Virus record (IMG/VR): IMGVR_UViG_3300008113_000053
Location: 2,227-66,226 of that record
DNA from: a virus
Lineage: Duplodnaviria > Caudoviricetes
Strand: one strand, 5' to 3'
Length of the DNA stretch: 64,000 nt
The position numbers and the translations under genes were made by a program. Positions 40,940 through 49,239 of this stretch are shown piece after piece (positions within the stretch are counted from its first letter, which is position 1; the number at the start of each line of letters is the position of its first letter). The notes under the pieces were generated by a model that saw nothing but the letters and a program-made list of their open reading frames with translations, had not been told where the DNA came from and did not search any database.

Positions 40940-41506
40940 CTAGCTCCATCTTTTTCCATATTTAGCCCTTAAGAAATTCCAAACAGGCTTAATATGTCTT
41001 GTTGCAGATGTACCATCAGGAAAAAACGACATGCAATCTATCTCAAGGGCAATTTTAGCTGCCATTGGAGATGGGGATCGCAGGACGTGATTTAAAACTT
41101 GTGGGTACATCATTGTGTTATTTAGAGCAATTGATTCTTGCTCAGTCAATTTAGTGTGTGCTGTAATCACTAACCTTTCGTAATTGTCTGGCTTGTAATT
41201 GTTTCTTCTGTAGTCAGTAGCTTTAATAACATCGCCATCTGTAATGGTATGTTTTGCCAGTACTCTTTTATGCCAGCAATTATTTAGCAATGAAATAATA
41301 TGCTGCCTACTCCATGTTGGCCAAGGTGTAGGTGGAAGTATGGAAAACAATGACAGTACATCTGTCTTTCTTTGTTCTATAGCATCGCTTAACCACAGGT
41401 CATATATTAATAACGCTGTGTATTTGTTACTCACGTAAACACCAATTGAATTGGTGCTTACATGATATGCAACAGGACAATCGTACCTTTTTCGAGACGA
41501 TGCCAT
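40940..41506 (-). CDS. Hypothetical protein
   Basis: 188-aa ORF coupled to the upstream gene. Confidence 0.6.
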   Translation of the reverse strand: MASSRKRYDCPVAYHVSTNSIGVYVSNKYTALLIYDLWLSDAIEQRKTDVLSLFSILPPTPWPTWSRQHIISLLNNCWHKRVLAKHTITDGDVIKATDYRRNNYKPDNYERLVITAHTKLTEQESIALNNTMMYPQVLNHVLRSPSPMAAKIALEIDCMSFFPDGTSATRHIKPVWNFLRAKYGKRWS

Positions 41507-41916
41507 TAGAACTTAGGGGTATATTTACCAGCAGCTCTAGCTACGCAGTGACCACATTTCCATGGTGGAGTCCAAGTCCCTTCAAGAAATGCGTCAACTA
41601 CATCTACAACTTTTGCTCTTACTTCTTGATCCCAGTCTCTTTCATTTGCATTTTTACCTGTCTTCCAAACAAATGTGTCATTCCTCTCATACAAAGTATC
41701 TAGCGTTTCTAATTCAAGTGCTATCTTTTCAATATTTGTAGTTGCCATTAAAGCAGAAGGGGAAATCCTAAATGAACATATTTTTAATTTCCATGCTGGC
41801 CAGCTCAATGTAATAATTTGACTTGGCCCTACAGTGACCTCTAATTTATCCCAACCATTTTTAAATTCGCTTGTTTCAGCCATTAGATTAATGACTGTAT
41901 TGATATCACCTAACAT
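41506..41916 (-). CDS. Hypothetical protein (start at 41916, not 42183)
   Basis: AAAGGAG RBS before ATG 41916; the longer ORF would overlap 42005..42505 and cross a promoter/terminator. Confidence 0.65.
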   Translation of the reverse strand: MLGDINTVINLMAETSEFKNGWDKLEVTVGPSQIITLSWPAWKLKICSFRISPSALMATTNIEKIALELETLDTLYERNDTFVWKTGKNANERDWDQEVRAKVVDVVDAFLEGTWTPPWKCGHCVARAAGKYTPKF

Positions 41917-41929
41917 AATTCTCCTTTGT

Positions 41930-41973
41930 AAAAAAAATTTGTGGAGCGCAAAATGGATTCTACGCTCCACAAA
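41930..41973 (-). terminator. Terminator/attenuator hairpin in the leader of the replication operon
   Basis: 13-bp stem TTTGTGGAGCGTA/TGCGCTCCACAAA followed by T8. Confidence 0.65.
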
Positions 41974-41988
41974 GTAAATACCCATGTA

Positions 41989-42004
41989 ATTATACCGTAA
42001 GTAA
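41989..42004 (-). promoter_or_regulatory. Phage promoter motif TTACTTACGG-TATAAT
   Basis: Identical 16-mer to 56687-56702; intergenic; points into the replication operon. Confidence 0.7.
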
Positions 42005-42505
42005 TTAATCACACATGCATTCTTCTTCCCATCCATTACACGCTTCGCATGGTGTGTAACCCATTGCTTCTTTGTCATCGTCCGTAAGGTCTGTGTCTTG
42101 ACGGTATACATCATCAAAGTAACCGTCTTGCCTAGACATAGTGCCAGCAAAGCACATGCCCGGTTCTGAGTAGTGCATGACAAAGTTTAGCTTTGGGTAC
42201 TTGGCACTCATAGTTATGAACCATGCACCGGGTGGTCCCCATGCAGTGTCAAAGTTATAACGTGCTTCGTTATCTTCGCAGATTAACTCATCGCAGTAGC
42301 AAGCATTCCATTTGGTGCCCCAGTTCTGCATAGACCATGTGTACCAATTGTTGCCGTCTTCCTCATCTGGCATTGGCACTGACCCATTGAAGTCAACGCA
42401 GTTGCGGTCGTGTTTATCCTTACTTGTGTTTTCTGCTACCCATTTCTTTACGTCTTCTGGATTGTCACCAGATACTGTTAATGTGTTATCGCACCAATTA
42501 GGCAT
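42005..42505 (-). CDS. DUF1281/YubB-like ferredoxin-fold protein
   Basis: MPNWCDNTL, NWGTKWN, FDTAWGPP, YSEPGMCFAG; AAGGAG RBS. Confidence 0.8.
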   Translation of the reverse strand: MPNWCDNTLTVSGDNPEDVKKWVAENTSKDKHDRNCVDFNGSVPMPDEEDGNNWYTWSMQNWGTKWNACYCDELICEDNEARYNFDTAWGPPGAWFITMSAKYPKLNFVMHYSEPGMCFAGTMSRQDGYFDDVYRQDTDLTDDDKEAMGYTPCEACNGWEEECMCD

Positions 42506-42516
42506 TATGTTACTCC

Positions 42517-42846
42517 TTATCCGTAAACTAATTCACCAAAACATAACTCCTGCACAATGCAGTCAATGATGTCGTAATCAACATTTTGTGGCTCTAGAAA
42601 CGTACGATCACCAATTGACCAGCATTTACGCAGGTGTTCCAACAGATTTAGGTCTGATATGAGATGTGGTTCGCACTCATCATCAATAATCTCTAGCACC
42701 CATCTTGTGTCTGTGTGCTCAACTACTCGTACATTCTTGACCCAGTCGCTGTACTGAATCATGTCCATCATCATCTCAAACCACCATTCTGTATTGATGG
42801 ATTGAACAGTGAGCGTCATGTGCTCGAATGTGTAATTATCTATCAT
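42517..42846 (-). CDS. Hypothetical early protein
   Basis: Acidic; C-terminal DCIVQELCFGELVYG; AAGGAG RBS. Confidence 0.7.
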   Translation of the reverse strand: MIDNYTFEHMTLTVQSINTEWWFEMMMDMIQYSDWVKNVRVVEHTDTRWVLEIIDDECEPHLISDLNLLEHLRKCWSIGDRTFLEPQNVDYDIIDCIVQELCFGELVYG

Positions 42847-43129
42847 CTCTATTAATCTCCTTTATTGCTTCTGTAAGTCGATCCCAGTTTGTACCAATAT
42901 GAGCATCAAATGTGTCGTGTAACACTTCGACTACACCCACCCATTTATCCCAGTTGTCTGCTGCAGCCTGTGCAAGCTCGTCTCCAGTCGGGTATCCATC
43001 ATGATTAAGTTGCAATGCAAAATCGTATGGCCCCCATACTTCAATATAAAACTGCGGGTATTTCTCCCGCAGCCATCGCAACTCGTTCTCAAAATTCTCT
43101 TGATCTTGATCAATCTCTTTTACTGTCAT
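42836..43129 (-). CDS. Hypothetical early protein
   Basis: ATGA overlap with upstream gene gives start MTVKEID. Confidence 0.6.
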   Translation of the reverse strand: MTVKEIDQDQENFENELRWLREKYPQFYIEVWGPYDFALQLNHDGYPTGDELAQAAADNWDKWVGVVEVLHDTFDAHIGTNWDRLTEAIKEINRDDR

Positions 43130-43539
43130 GGCACTGGCCACCCTTCTGGTTCTTCTAACTTGCAAACATAACCTAAGTCATGCGCACTAAATATGTCATT
43201 CCACTCGCTGTATGTAGAGTCACAGATGTATTCCCACATAGCTTCGTTAAATTCTTCTATGGTGCGTTCGTGGTACACGGACTGCACTAAGGCAATGAAA
43301 TTTGTGATTTCATCATCAGTAACTTTTACGTCTCCTTGCGCCTCTTCTTCGCTAATGAAACGACGTATTGCTGCATCTGTGTAACGCACGTCAATAGATT
43401 TGAAAATGCGTTTACCAAGCGCAGCCATAAAGTATGCACCACAAGCTGGTGAAAGGCACTCACCATCTTTGGTGTAGTGCCCTTGTCCGTCCCAGTGGTC
43501 AGATGACCATTCGTCGTAGTCTGCTATTGAATAAAACAT
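43126..43539 (-). CDS. Hypothetical early protein
   Basis: Acidic 137 aa; AAGGT RBS. Confidence 0.65.
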   Translation of the reverse strand: MFYSIADYDEWSSDHWDGQGHYTKDGECLSPACGAYFMAALGKRIFKSIDVRYTDAAIRRFISEEEAQGDVKVTDDEITNFIALVQSVYHERTIEEFNEAMWEYICDSTYSEWNDIFSAHDLGYVCKLEEPEGWPVP

Positions 43540-43560
43540 GTTTATTTACCTTGTGTTTAA

Positions 43561-44454
43561 TTAAACCCACAGCGCAGCTGAGCCGTGGGCACGGATGACA
43601 ATATCGCTATCGCCATCACAACGTAAAGATGCAGGGCAAGTGTCGCACGTAGTATGCATTTTCAGCATATTGCGCATTGCTCGCATCTCGTTAATGAATG
43701 GATCACTTGGGCACTGCTTGCAACCACGAGCATAAGCAGTGTGACGTTTGTCAACGTAGCCGTCATGTGGACGGACTAGGAATGTACCCCAGCCAGCTTC
43801 TTTGGCTTCCCATCGATCGATGTATGAGTCACATGATGCTTGAAGTACACCACGAAATGGCTTTGCTATCGGCATACGCCACTGGTGTGTGTAACCTGTG
43901 TGACCAAGTGAATAGCGTAGCATGTCACTCCAGATAGGGAATGGTACGGCTACTGGGTCACCGTATGTACCCATGCGTAGCTTCTTGCCAGCGACTAACT
44001 GAATGGTAGCTGCAACAGTGCTAGAGATAACAGGTATATTGCCTCGCTGGAATGATTCCCATACGGCTGATGTGCCTTTGCCGATATTGACATAACACGT
44101 ACGCACATCTTTGACTTTAGCAGTGCGCGTGTGACGTTTGCGTCGCTTGCGGTGGGTACAGTTGCCACAGATGCAACCGTCAAGTCGTTGATCAATGGCA
44201 ACTTGTGGATGCACGTCACGCATAATGATGTAGGTCTGAATCATGTCACCAGTTTTGATGTTCCATTCCTCGTTGTTAGTCTGGCAGTTAGACATGACGC
44301 ATATGATGCGAGATCGACGATCTAGTTGACTAACTCCATCGTATATGCAATAAGAGTTGTACTTTGGCTTCATGTGTTTGCCATTGTGTACGTTAGTAAA
44401 AAGGGCTGGATTTGCATCCAGCCCGAACTTAGCGAGGTATTGTTGTGCGGTCAT
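43561..44454 (-). CDS. Cys-rich phage protein, possibly Fe-S/radical-SAM-derived
   Basis: KTGDMIQTYI, CICGNC, CYV, RMGTYGDP, TGYTHQW, CDTC...C motifs. Confidence 0.6.
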   Translation of the reverse strand: MTAQQYLAKFGLDANPALFTNVHNGKHMKPKYNSYCIYDGVSQLDRRSRIICVMSNCQTNNEEWNIKTGDMIQTYIIMRDVHPQVAIDQRLDGCICGNCTHRKRRKRHTRTAKVKDVRTCYVNIGKGTSAVWESFQRGNIPVISSTVAATIQLVAGKKLRMGTYGDPVAVPFPIWSDMLRYSLGHTGYTHQWRMPIAKPFRGVLQASCDSYIDRWEAKEAGWGTFLVRPHDGYVDKRHTAYARGCKQCPSDPFINEMRAMRNMLKMHTTCDTCPASLRCDGDSDIVIRAHGSAALWV

Positions 44455-44963
44455 TAGTTTCTTTCTTTATCTTTGTTTTCTGCTACGTGATCTAAGTAGT
44501 TTGTTATTGCGCCTTCTTCTGTCCAATTAGCGTCAGTTGTGTTGTTATTTTCTGTTACTGTTTTAAGTATGTCTCTCCAATCAACGTCACGGAGTTCACC
44601 AAGAATGACATCTGTAAGATATGTGTTAGCAATGCCATCAATCAGCTCACTGTACATTTCCTCAAAGTACTCTTTGATGTGTTCAAGTGCGTGATTTTGA
44701 CGCTCATGTTCAGAGTGTTCATGCCACCAGTTGTATATGTCCTCACTGTGATGTAAGTAAAATAACCATGTTGCGTAATTTGTCCAGCCGTTGTATGTAC
44801 TCATTTGTTTTGTTTTTCTGTCTCGTCGTTGATTACTTTTAATTCTGTATATGTGTTGTTGAGACACTTTGTATTTAGTAGCAAGTGCAATTACACTTAC
44901 GCCATTGTTTGCTTGATGTCGTATTGACGCTGTTTGTTCAGGTGTCAGTTTTTTTAGTGGCAT
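44454..44963 (-). CDS. HTH fused to a YNGWTNYATW-motif phage protein
   Basis: N-terminal ALATKYKVSQQHIYRI HTH; in-frame MSTYNGWTNYATW begins at 44804. Confidence 0.6.
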   Translation of the reverse strand: MPLKKLTPEQTASIRHQANNGVSVIALATKYKVSQQHIYRIKSNQRRDRKTKQMSTYNGWTNYATWLFYLHHSEDIYNWWHEHSEHERQNHALEHIKEYFEEMYSELIDGIANTYLTDVILGELRDVDWRDILKTVTENNNTTDANWTEEGAITNYLDHVAENKDKERN

Positions 44964-45196
44964 TACCAGCCTCGTTCTGCTTGATTAGCGCATGCGTCGC
45001 ATTGATATCCTTTCCATACATCCATTGGTGTAAGCCTGTTAGGTTCCTCACATGTCGGGCACGGCAGATTGCGTGGGTTACTTGCTGTTGCTCTGCGCAA
45101 TGCTGAAACACCATGAGGGTCTTCAAACATCTGTTCAATCAGCTCGTCTTCATCATGTGGTATATCGTCTTCATCCCAATCGTAATACATAATCAT
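44963..45196 (-). CDS. Small zinc-ribbon protein
   Basis: CPTC...CDAC; AAGGAG RBS. Confidence 0.65.
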   Translation of the reverse strand: MIMYYDWDEDDIPHDEDELIEQMFEDPHGVSALRRATASNPRNLPCPTCEEPNRLTPMDVWKGYQCDACANQAERGW

Positions 45197-45201
45197 TCTC
45201 C

Positions 45202-45600
45202 TTATTCGTAGTGTGATCGTTCTGTTTGTTGATTTTGTCCGGGAAACTTTTCAATGAGTACATGGTATGTACTTGGTCCGTCATATCCGTAGTCATCTAC
45301 ATCCTCACCTCGTGACCAAGCACGTTCGCAGTGATGCAAACAGTCTTCGCTATCTCGTTGTTGTTCCTCTTTGTTTAACTCCTCGCATCGTTCCTGTAGT
45401 TTCTTTTGTAGTTTTTCAGCTGCATCTCTATTACTACATCGAACATATTTTCTAAGAATAAACAGGTTGCCCCACCAACCTCCTTCCTCTGGGCCACCGT
45501 AATAACTCTCGACGCTATACATAGAGACGATGCACTCTTCAGCTTCTTGTGAATCAGCCATGATCTCGTCCCATGCTTCTATCATTATTCTGTCATTCAT
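45202..45600 (-). CDS. Hypothetical early protein (YYGGPEEGGWW motif)
   Basis: Motif recurrent in phage early proteins; ATGA coupling. Confidence 0.7.
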   Translation of the reverse strand: MNDRIMIEAWDEIMADSQEAEECIVSMYSVESYYGGPEEGGWWGNLFILRKYVRCSNRDAAEKLQKKLQERCEELNKEEQQRDSEDCLHHCERAWSRGEDVDDYGYDGPSTYHVLIEKFPGQNQQTERSHYE

Positions 45601-45872
45601 ATTTTGACATCATTCTTCGTTGCTATATATGCAAAGCCAACCATGCAGTGTCGCTCACTGAATACACGGTATTGATTGCCATCGTATGACTGTTCAATGC
45701 CTTGACGTAAGCGAGTACACCCAATGTCACTGTTGAGTTGTCGCCTAACCTTGATTAGGCTAGGCGGATTACGATACGTGTGAAAGTAAGACCTGACTAA
45801 TCTGTTCGGTGTTGAGTCTTGGAATGTTGACCAATATTCAAACTTGTACGTTATTGGGTTTGCTGCTTTCAT
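45597..45872 (-). CDS. Hypothetical early protein
   Basis: TAGAGGTA RBS, ATGA coupling. Confidence 0.6.
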   Translation of the reverse strand: MKAANPITYKFEYWSTFQDSTPNRLVRSYFHTYRNPPSLIKVRRQLNSDIGCTRLRQGIEQSYDGNQYRVFSERHCMVGFAYIATKNDVKI

Positions 45873-46162
45873 ATTGTTACCTCTATTGTTATTTTGCTGT
45901 GGTCTTTGTTGCCATTAGCAATAAAGTCCTCGTCTACTGTAATAGTTACACGATCTTCTTCCCACTCAATAAGAGTATCGGGGCACTCAAGGCAATACTT
46001 TGCTAGTTTCTTTTTGCCTACCCATGCCACCATTACACCCATAAAATACTTTCTGTCTTGTGCAGAACAATTATTCATGCGATAAAAATGACGCGCCCAG
46101 CGGAGCATTCCGGGCGCATTAAACATTTCAACACTTATTAAGCAAATCTTTTTATTCTCCAT
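45869..46162 (-). CDS. Hypothetical early protein
   Basis: Tiles with neighbours. Confidence 0.6.
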   Translation of the reverse strand: MENKKICLISVEMFNAPGMLRWARHFYRMNNCSAQDRKYFMGVMVAWVGKKKLAKYCLECPDTLIEWEEDRVTITVDEDFIANGNKDHSKITIEVTI

Positions 46163-46409
46163 CGTAATATTCCTTTGTTTCTAATTCGTACAGTTTGTTG
46201 TTTTCTACTTGAATAGCATCAATGATACGAGCTGCATAAAACACATCAACTCGTTGGTCATTCTCTGCTTCTAACTCATCAGAACATGGACCACCTTCTA
46301 GATTCGTGCATGAACACATGGTGTGTCCATACTTGCATGGCGGAAATGAGTAGTTTGGGCAATCACGATATACGTGATGCTTAATATATTCAGCTGTTCC
46401 TGCTGTCAT
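46152..46409 (-). CDS. Small Cys-rich hypothetical protein
   Basis: AAGGA RBS before MTAGTAE; five Cys. Confidence 0.55.
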   Translation of the reverse strand: MTAGTAEYIKHHVYRDCPNYSFPPCKYGHTMCSCTNLEGGPCSDELEAENDQRVDVFYAARIIDAIQVENNKLYELETKEYYDGE

Positions 46410-46623
46410 TATGTTTTTCCTTAGCTTTGTTGATGTACTCTGCAACCTGATGAAAGTCTAAATTGTATGTTATTGAATCCATATCTATATGTTCATCTGG
46501 TGTGATTAATGCGCATTCAAACAACTTTTCGTTATCATCATAACTAACGAGTTGTTTGCAATTAATATGTATTTCATATCCATCATTAAGTTTGATTCTG
46601 CGCTCATACCATTGTCGATACAT
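46390..46623 (-). CDS. Hypothetical early protein (pseudoknot leader)
   Basis: ATG 14 nt after repeat copy 1. Confidence 0.6.
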   Translation of the reverse strand: MYRQWYERRIKLNDGYEIHINCKQLVSYDDNEKLFECALITPDEHIDMDSITYNLDFHQVAEYINKAKEKHNDSRNS

Positions 46624-46637
46624 TGTGTTCTCTTTCT

Positions 46638-46666
46638 GTGCGTTGTTAGTGAGACGCACCCCTCAC
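46638..46666 (-). ncRNA. cis-RNA H-type pseudoknot, copy 1
   Basis: GTGAG-GG-GTGCGT-CTCAC-TAACA-ACGCAC. Confidence 0.7.
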
Positions 46667-46672
46667 ATTTGA

Positions 46673-47164
46673 TTAATCCTTGAGGGTCAATCTCTGGTGG
46701 TTACGAACACAAGTCTTCCTCACCTGACCTTCAAAGTCTGGCATTGCAGTAGCCACATACTTCCAGAAGTCAAAGGCAATAATCGGCAACTTGACATCAA
46801 TGATGACTCTTTCCAGTGTCTGGATTGCCTCATCAATCTGCTCTTCAAGAGTCTCGCTGTTAAGCTGAACCTTGATGATCTTATTCATAAATGACGATGT
46901 TTCACGGCTATCCTTGTCAGGACGCAATGTCATAGTCACTTCAATTTGAACAAGAGGAATAGGATGAAGAGTCTTCTCTTCACCATTAGCTACGTCCATA
47001 CGCAGCTTGTACTCCATTGATATGTGATGCCCGTTGAGTTCAACAGTCTCTGTATGTGATGTTGTATGGTAGCCACCATACGAGTACAGTGTGCCGTCTG
47101 CTACTTTAGCAGGAACAGCGAGAAGAGCTTCGCGGAAATACTTTGTGTACAATTCGATAGACAT
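46673..47164 (-). CDS. Hypothetical early protein (pseudoknot leader)
   Basis: 163 aa between repeat copies 1 and 2. Confidence 0.7.
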   Translation of the reverse strand: MSIELYTKYFREALLAVPAKVADGTLYSYGGYHTTSHTETVELNGHHISMEYKLRMDVANGEEKTLHPIPLVQIEVTMTLRPDKDSRETSSFMNKIIKVQLNSETLEEQIDEAIQTLERVIIDVKLPIIAFDFWKYVATAMPDFEGQVRKTCVRNHQRLTLKD

Positions 47165-47180
47165 GATTATGTTTCTTTCT

Positions 47181-47209
47181 GTGCGTTGTTAGTGAGACGC
47201 ACCCCTCAC
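47181..47209 (-). ncRNA. cis-RNA H-type pseudoknot, copy 2
   Basis: Identical to copy 1. Confidence 0.7.
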
Positions 47210-47216
47210 ACAAACA

Positions 47217-47471
47217 TTAGATAGCGATCTTAGCTTCAGTGAAACTCTTGAGGTTACACTCTTTTGTTAGGTAGGTAATGATGTTATTGCAATCATCTTG
47301 CTCAAGGTTCAGTAACACTTCAGACATGTCAAGTAAAACCCAGTTGACATCGTCTTGTTTATCTTTAAAGATTTCCCACATATGGTTGTAATGATCTTTA
47401 GTTATCAAGTTTTCTTCGAGTAGTTCTTCAAGAACTAAGGAACCCATTACTACATCCCAGTCGCATTTCAT
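47217..47471 (-). CDS. Hypothetical early protein
   Basis: Acidic 84 aa; abuts upstream gene. Confidence 0.6.
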   Translation of the reverse strand: MKCDWDVVMGSLVLEELLEENLITKDHYNHMWEIFKDKQDDVNWVLLDMSEVLLNLEQDDCNNIITYLTKECNLKSFTEAKIAI

Positions 47472-47720
47472 TTAAAACACTTTCCTTCTACTAGTGATTG
47501 GTTTATCAGTCACGATGTTCATGTAAACGATTCCGTATGGTTTAAACTCATACGTATGCTCTAAACATCGCGAGATTCTTATATGCATAATTGTTGGATC
47601 ACAGTAAACATGAAGTCCAGCAATTTTTTGTGCAGCCCATGCATTTGTATAAACATCAGGAAGGCCAATTGCTTGGCCTTGAAAGTCATACTGTTGATTG
47701 TGATAGGTATACCTAGGCAC
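47472..47720 (-). CDS. Hypothetical early protein
   Basis: GGAGGAGGT RBS before GTG. Confidence 0.6.
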   Translation of the reverse strand: MPRYTYHNQQYDFQGQAIGLPDVYTNAWAAQKIAGLHVYCDPTIMHIRISRCLEHTYEFKPYGIVYMNIVTDKPITSRRKVF

Positions 47721-48036
47721 TTGTGTCTACCTCCTCCCATCCAGTAGGTCGTGGCATGGGGGTGATTGCTGATATCCATTTGTCGAATAGTTCGCGCTCA
47801 CGTTGTGTTGGCTCGAATCCAAGCCAGTCATCAAATCCAGCTGCATTGCGTGTATCGTGAGGCACGTGTGCTTCAGCAAAATCTAACAACTCAGCTAAGT
47901 TTTCACGAGCAGCTCGATCAAGTTTATGTTGAAAGCCGGGACGCAACTTAATTAAGCCTTCAAAACCACCACCGGGATGGATGTGGTTGTAAGCAAAGTT
48001 AAGGATAAGTCGGCGATAGTGTGTAAGATCTGTCAT
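47713..48036 (-). CDS. Hypothetical early protein (pseudoknot leader)
   Basis: ATG 14 nt after repeat copy 3. Confidence 0.65.
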   Translation of the reverse strand: MTDLTHYRRLILNFAYNHIHPGGGFEGLIKLRPGFQHKLDRAARENLAELLDFAEAHVPHDTRNAAGFDDWLGFEPTQRERELFDKWISAITPMPRPTGWEEVDTSA

Positions 48037-48050
48037 TGTGTTTCTCTTTC

Positions 48051-48079
48051 ATGCGTTGTCAGTGAGACGCATCCCTCAC
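48051..48079 (-). ncRNA. cis-RNA H-type pseudoknot, copy 3 (compensatory variant)
   Basis: GTGAG-GG-ATGCGT-CTCAC-TGACA-ACGCAT. Confidence 0.7.
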
Positions 48080-48085
48080 ATGTAA

Positions 48086-48484
48086 CTAAGGAACGATTAC
48101 GATTCCGTGTACTTCAGCTGCTTTAAGCTGATACACAGTCTCAACAAAATCACTCATCCATTCACGCAGTTGCATGAACGTGTACTGCATTTCGGTGTCA
48201 TCACTTGTATACAGAACATTGATCTCATCAAGATAACCTGTTGTATATAACTTCCAACGTCCATCGTGAATCATTATGTTGATAGTGAATACAAATGCAG
48301 CCATGCGTTCATGGTGCATGCTTAGTCGTGCTTCAAGCGTCCCATTAATAACAACTCGATGTTTAGTGCGACCATTTTCGCTGTTATGAAACTCAACGCC
48401 TGTAATTAATTCGTTTGAAGCTTTTTCGTATGTTTGAATTACTTTACGAGCCAGCTCGCTGGCATTAATAATTTGCTTATTCAT
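48086..48484 (-). CDS. Hypothetical early protein
   Basis: 132 aa; leader contains CACAGAAAGA like the repeat tail. Confidence 0.65.
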   Translation of the reverse strand: MNKQIINASELARKVIQTYEKASNELITGVEFHNSENGRTKHRVVINGTLEARLSMHHERMAAFVFTINIMIHDGRWKLYTTGYLDEINVLYTSDDTEMQYTFMQLREWMSDFVETVYQLKAAEVHGIVIVP

Positions 48485-48524
48485 CTTTGTTGTCTATTTC
48501 TTTCTGTGCAACTTCAATTGCATT

Positions 48525-48553
48525 AAAAAACCATCCTGCTAAAAACAGGATGG
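48525..48553 (-). terminator. Intrinsic terminator
   Basis: CCATCCTG-TTTTTAG-CAGGATGG followed by T6. Confidence 0.7.
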
Positions 48554-48586
48554 ATGCTATTACGATGCAGATACATATTGTAATAA

Positions 48587-48904
48587 TCATGTGTTGTCTC
48601 TTCTCTTTTTATCCCAATTGCCAATTCGGGAAATAACTCCACCTTCTTTTCCGCTGTTACGCTTAAAGGTTTGAAAAGCTTCTGGTATTTTTTCTCCTGT
48701 GTGGAGAAGGTCTACTGGTAACTCGTCTAGTTCTCCTCCTTTCCATTTACCGTTTGATGTAAGTGTCAAGCGTGGGTAACGCACAATAACTCTAAAGTCT
48801 TGTGGCCGTGTACACCATTTATTGTTTTTAGCTTCTAAAGAAACAACCACCCCGATAACATCGGGGCGGCGTACGTTTCTGACTCGATCGCCTACGTTAA
48901 GCAC
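48587..48904 (-). CDS. Hypothetical protein, SH3/KOW-like N-terminus
   Basis: LNVGDRVR...IGVVV; GAGGGAG RBS. Confidence 0.6.
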   Translation of the reverse strand: MLNVGDRVRNVRRPDVIGVVVSLEAKNNKWCTRPQDFRVIVRYPRLTLTSNGKWKGGELDELPVDLLHTGEKIPEAFQTFKRNSGKEGGVISRIGNWDKKRRDNT

Positions 48905-49142
48905 GTTGCATCTCCCTCAATTGCTCTACAAGCATGCCGACAGGATTTTCCATACGGCGCATTGCATCTTTACCGATGTTAATGATGACGTTGTCATCAA
49001 GTTTATTGAGGCCTTGCATGATGACCTCGATGTAGTTGTCTTTTGTTGATTTTGGCCACAGCTCCATGGTTGTGTCGTATGTCCATTCGCTGTAAACGCG
49101 CAGTGCTTCAAGTGCTTGTGTTCTTGTCATTGGATGCTCCAT
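48897..49142 (-). CDS. Hypothetical early protein
   Basis: Start at 49142 or 49130, downstream of the palindrome cluster. Confidence 0.55.
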   Translation of the reverse strand: MEHPMTRTQALEALRVYSEWTYDTTMELWPKSTKDNYIEVIMQGLNKLDDNVIINIGKDAMRRMENPVGMLVEQLREMQRA

Positions 49143-49174
49143 CTTATTGTTAATGTAATGTTTGTTCAATGTAA

Positions 49175-49239
49175 TGAGGGTAGTAACTTTTACTACCCTC
49201 ACCCTAGTAATTTTTACTACCCTAGTAAAATTTACACCC
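49175..49239. repeat. Cluster of three TAGTAA-N3-TTAC(TA) palindromes
   Basis: tgagggtagtaa-ctt-ttactaccctca, then ccctagtaatttttacta, then ccctagtaaaatttacaccc. Confidence 0.7.

Noticed and set aside
41917-42183. N-terminal extension of ORF 41506..42183
   Set aside because: Overlaps the DUF1281 gene and crosses a promoter and terminator; a strong RBS supports ATG 41916.
43681-43690. 10-nt match (TCGCATCTCG) to the tRNA-like RNA loop at 53126-53135
   Set aside because: Mid-CDS and short enough to arise by chance.
46631-48080. The three repeats as a CRISPR array
   Set aside because: Spacing is about 540 and 870 bp and contains whole genes; no cas genes.
46624-48088. Stop codon + 6-7 nt + pseudoknot as a readthrough or frameshift signal
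   Set aside because: The downstream ORFs are out of frame with the upstream stops, and in copies 1 and 2 the downstream frame has a stop inside the element, so no fusion protein is possible.
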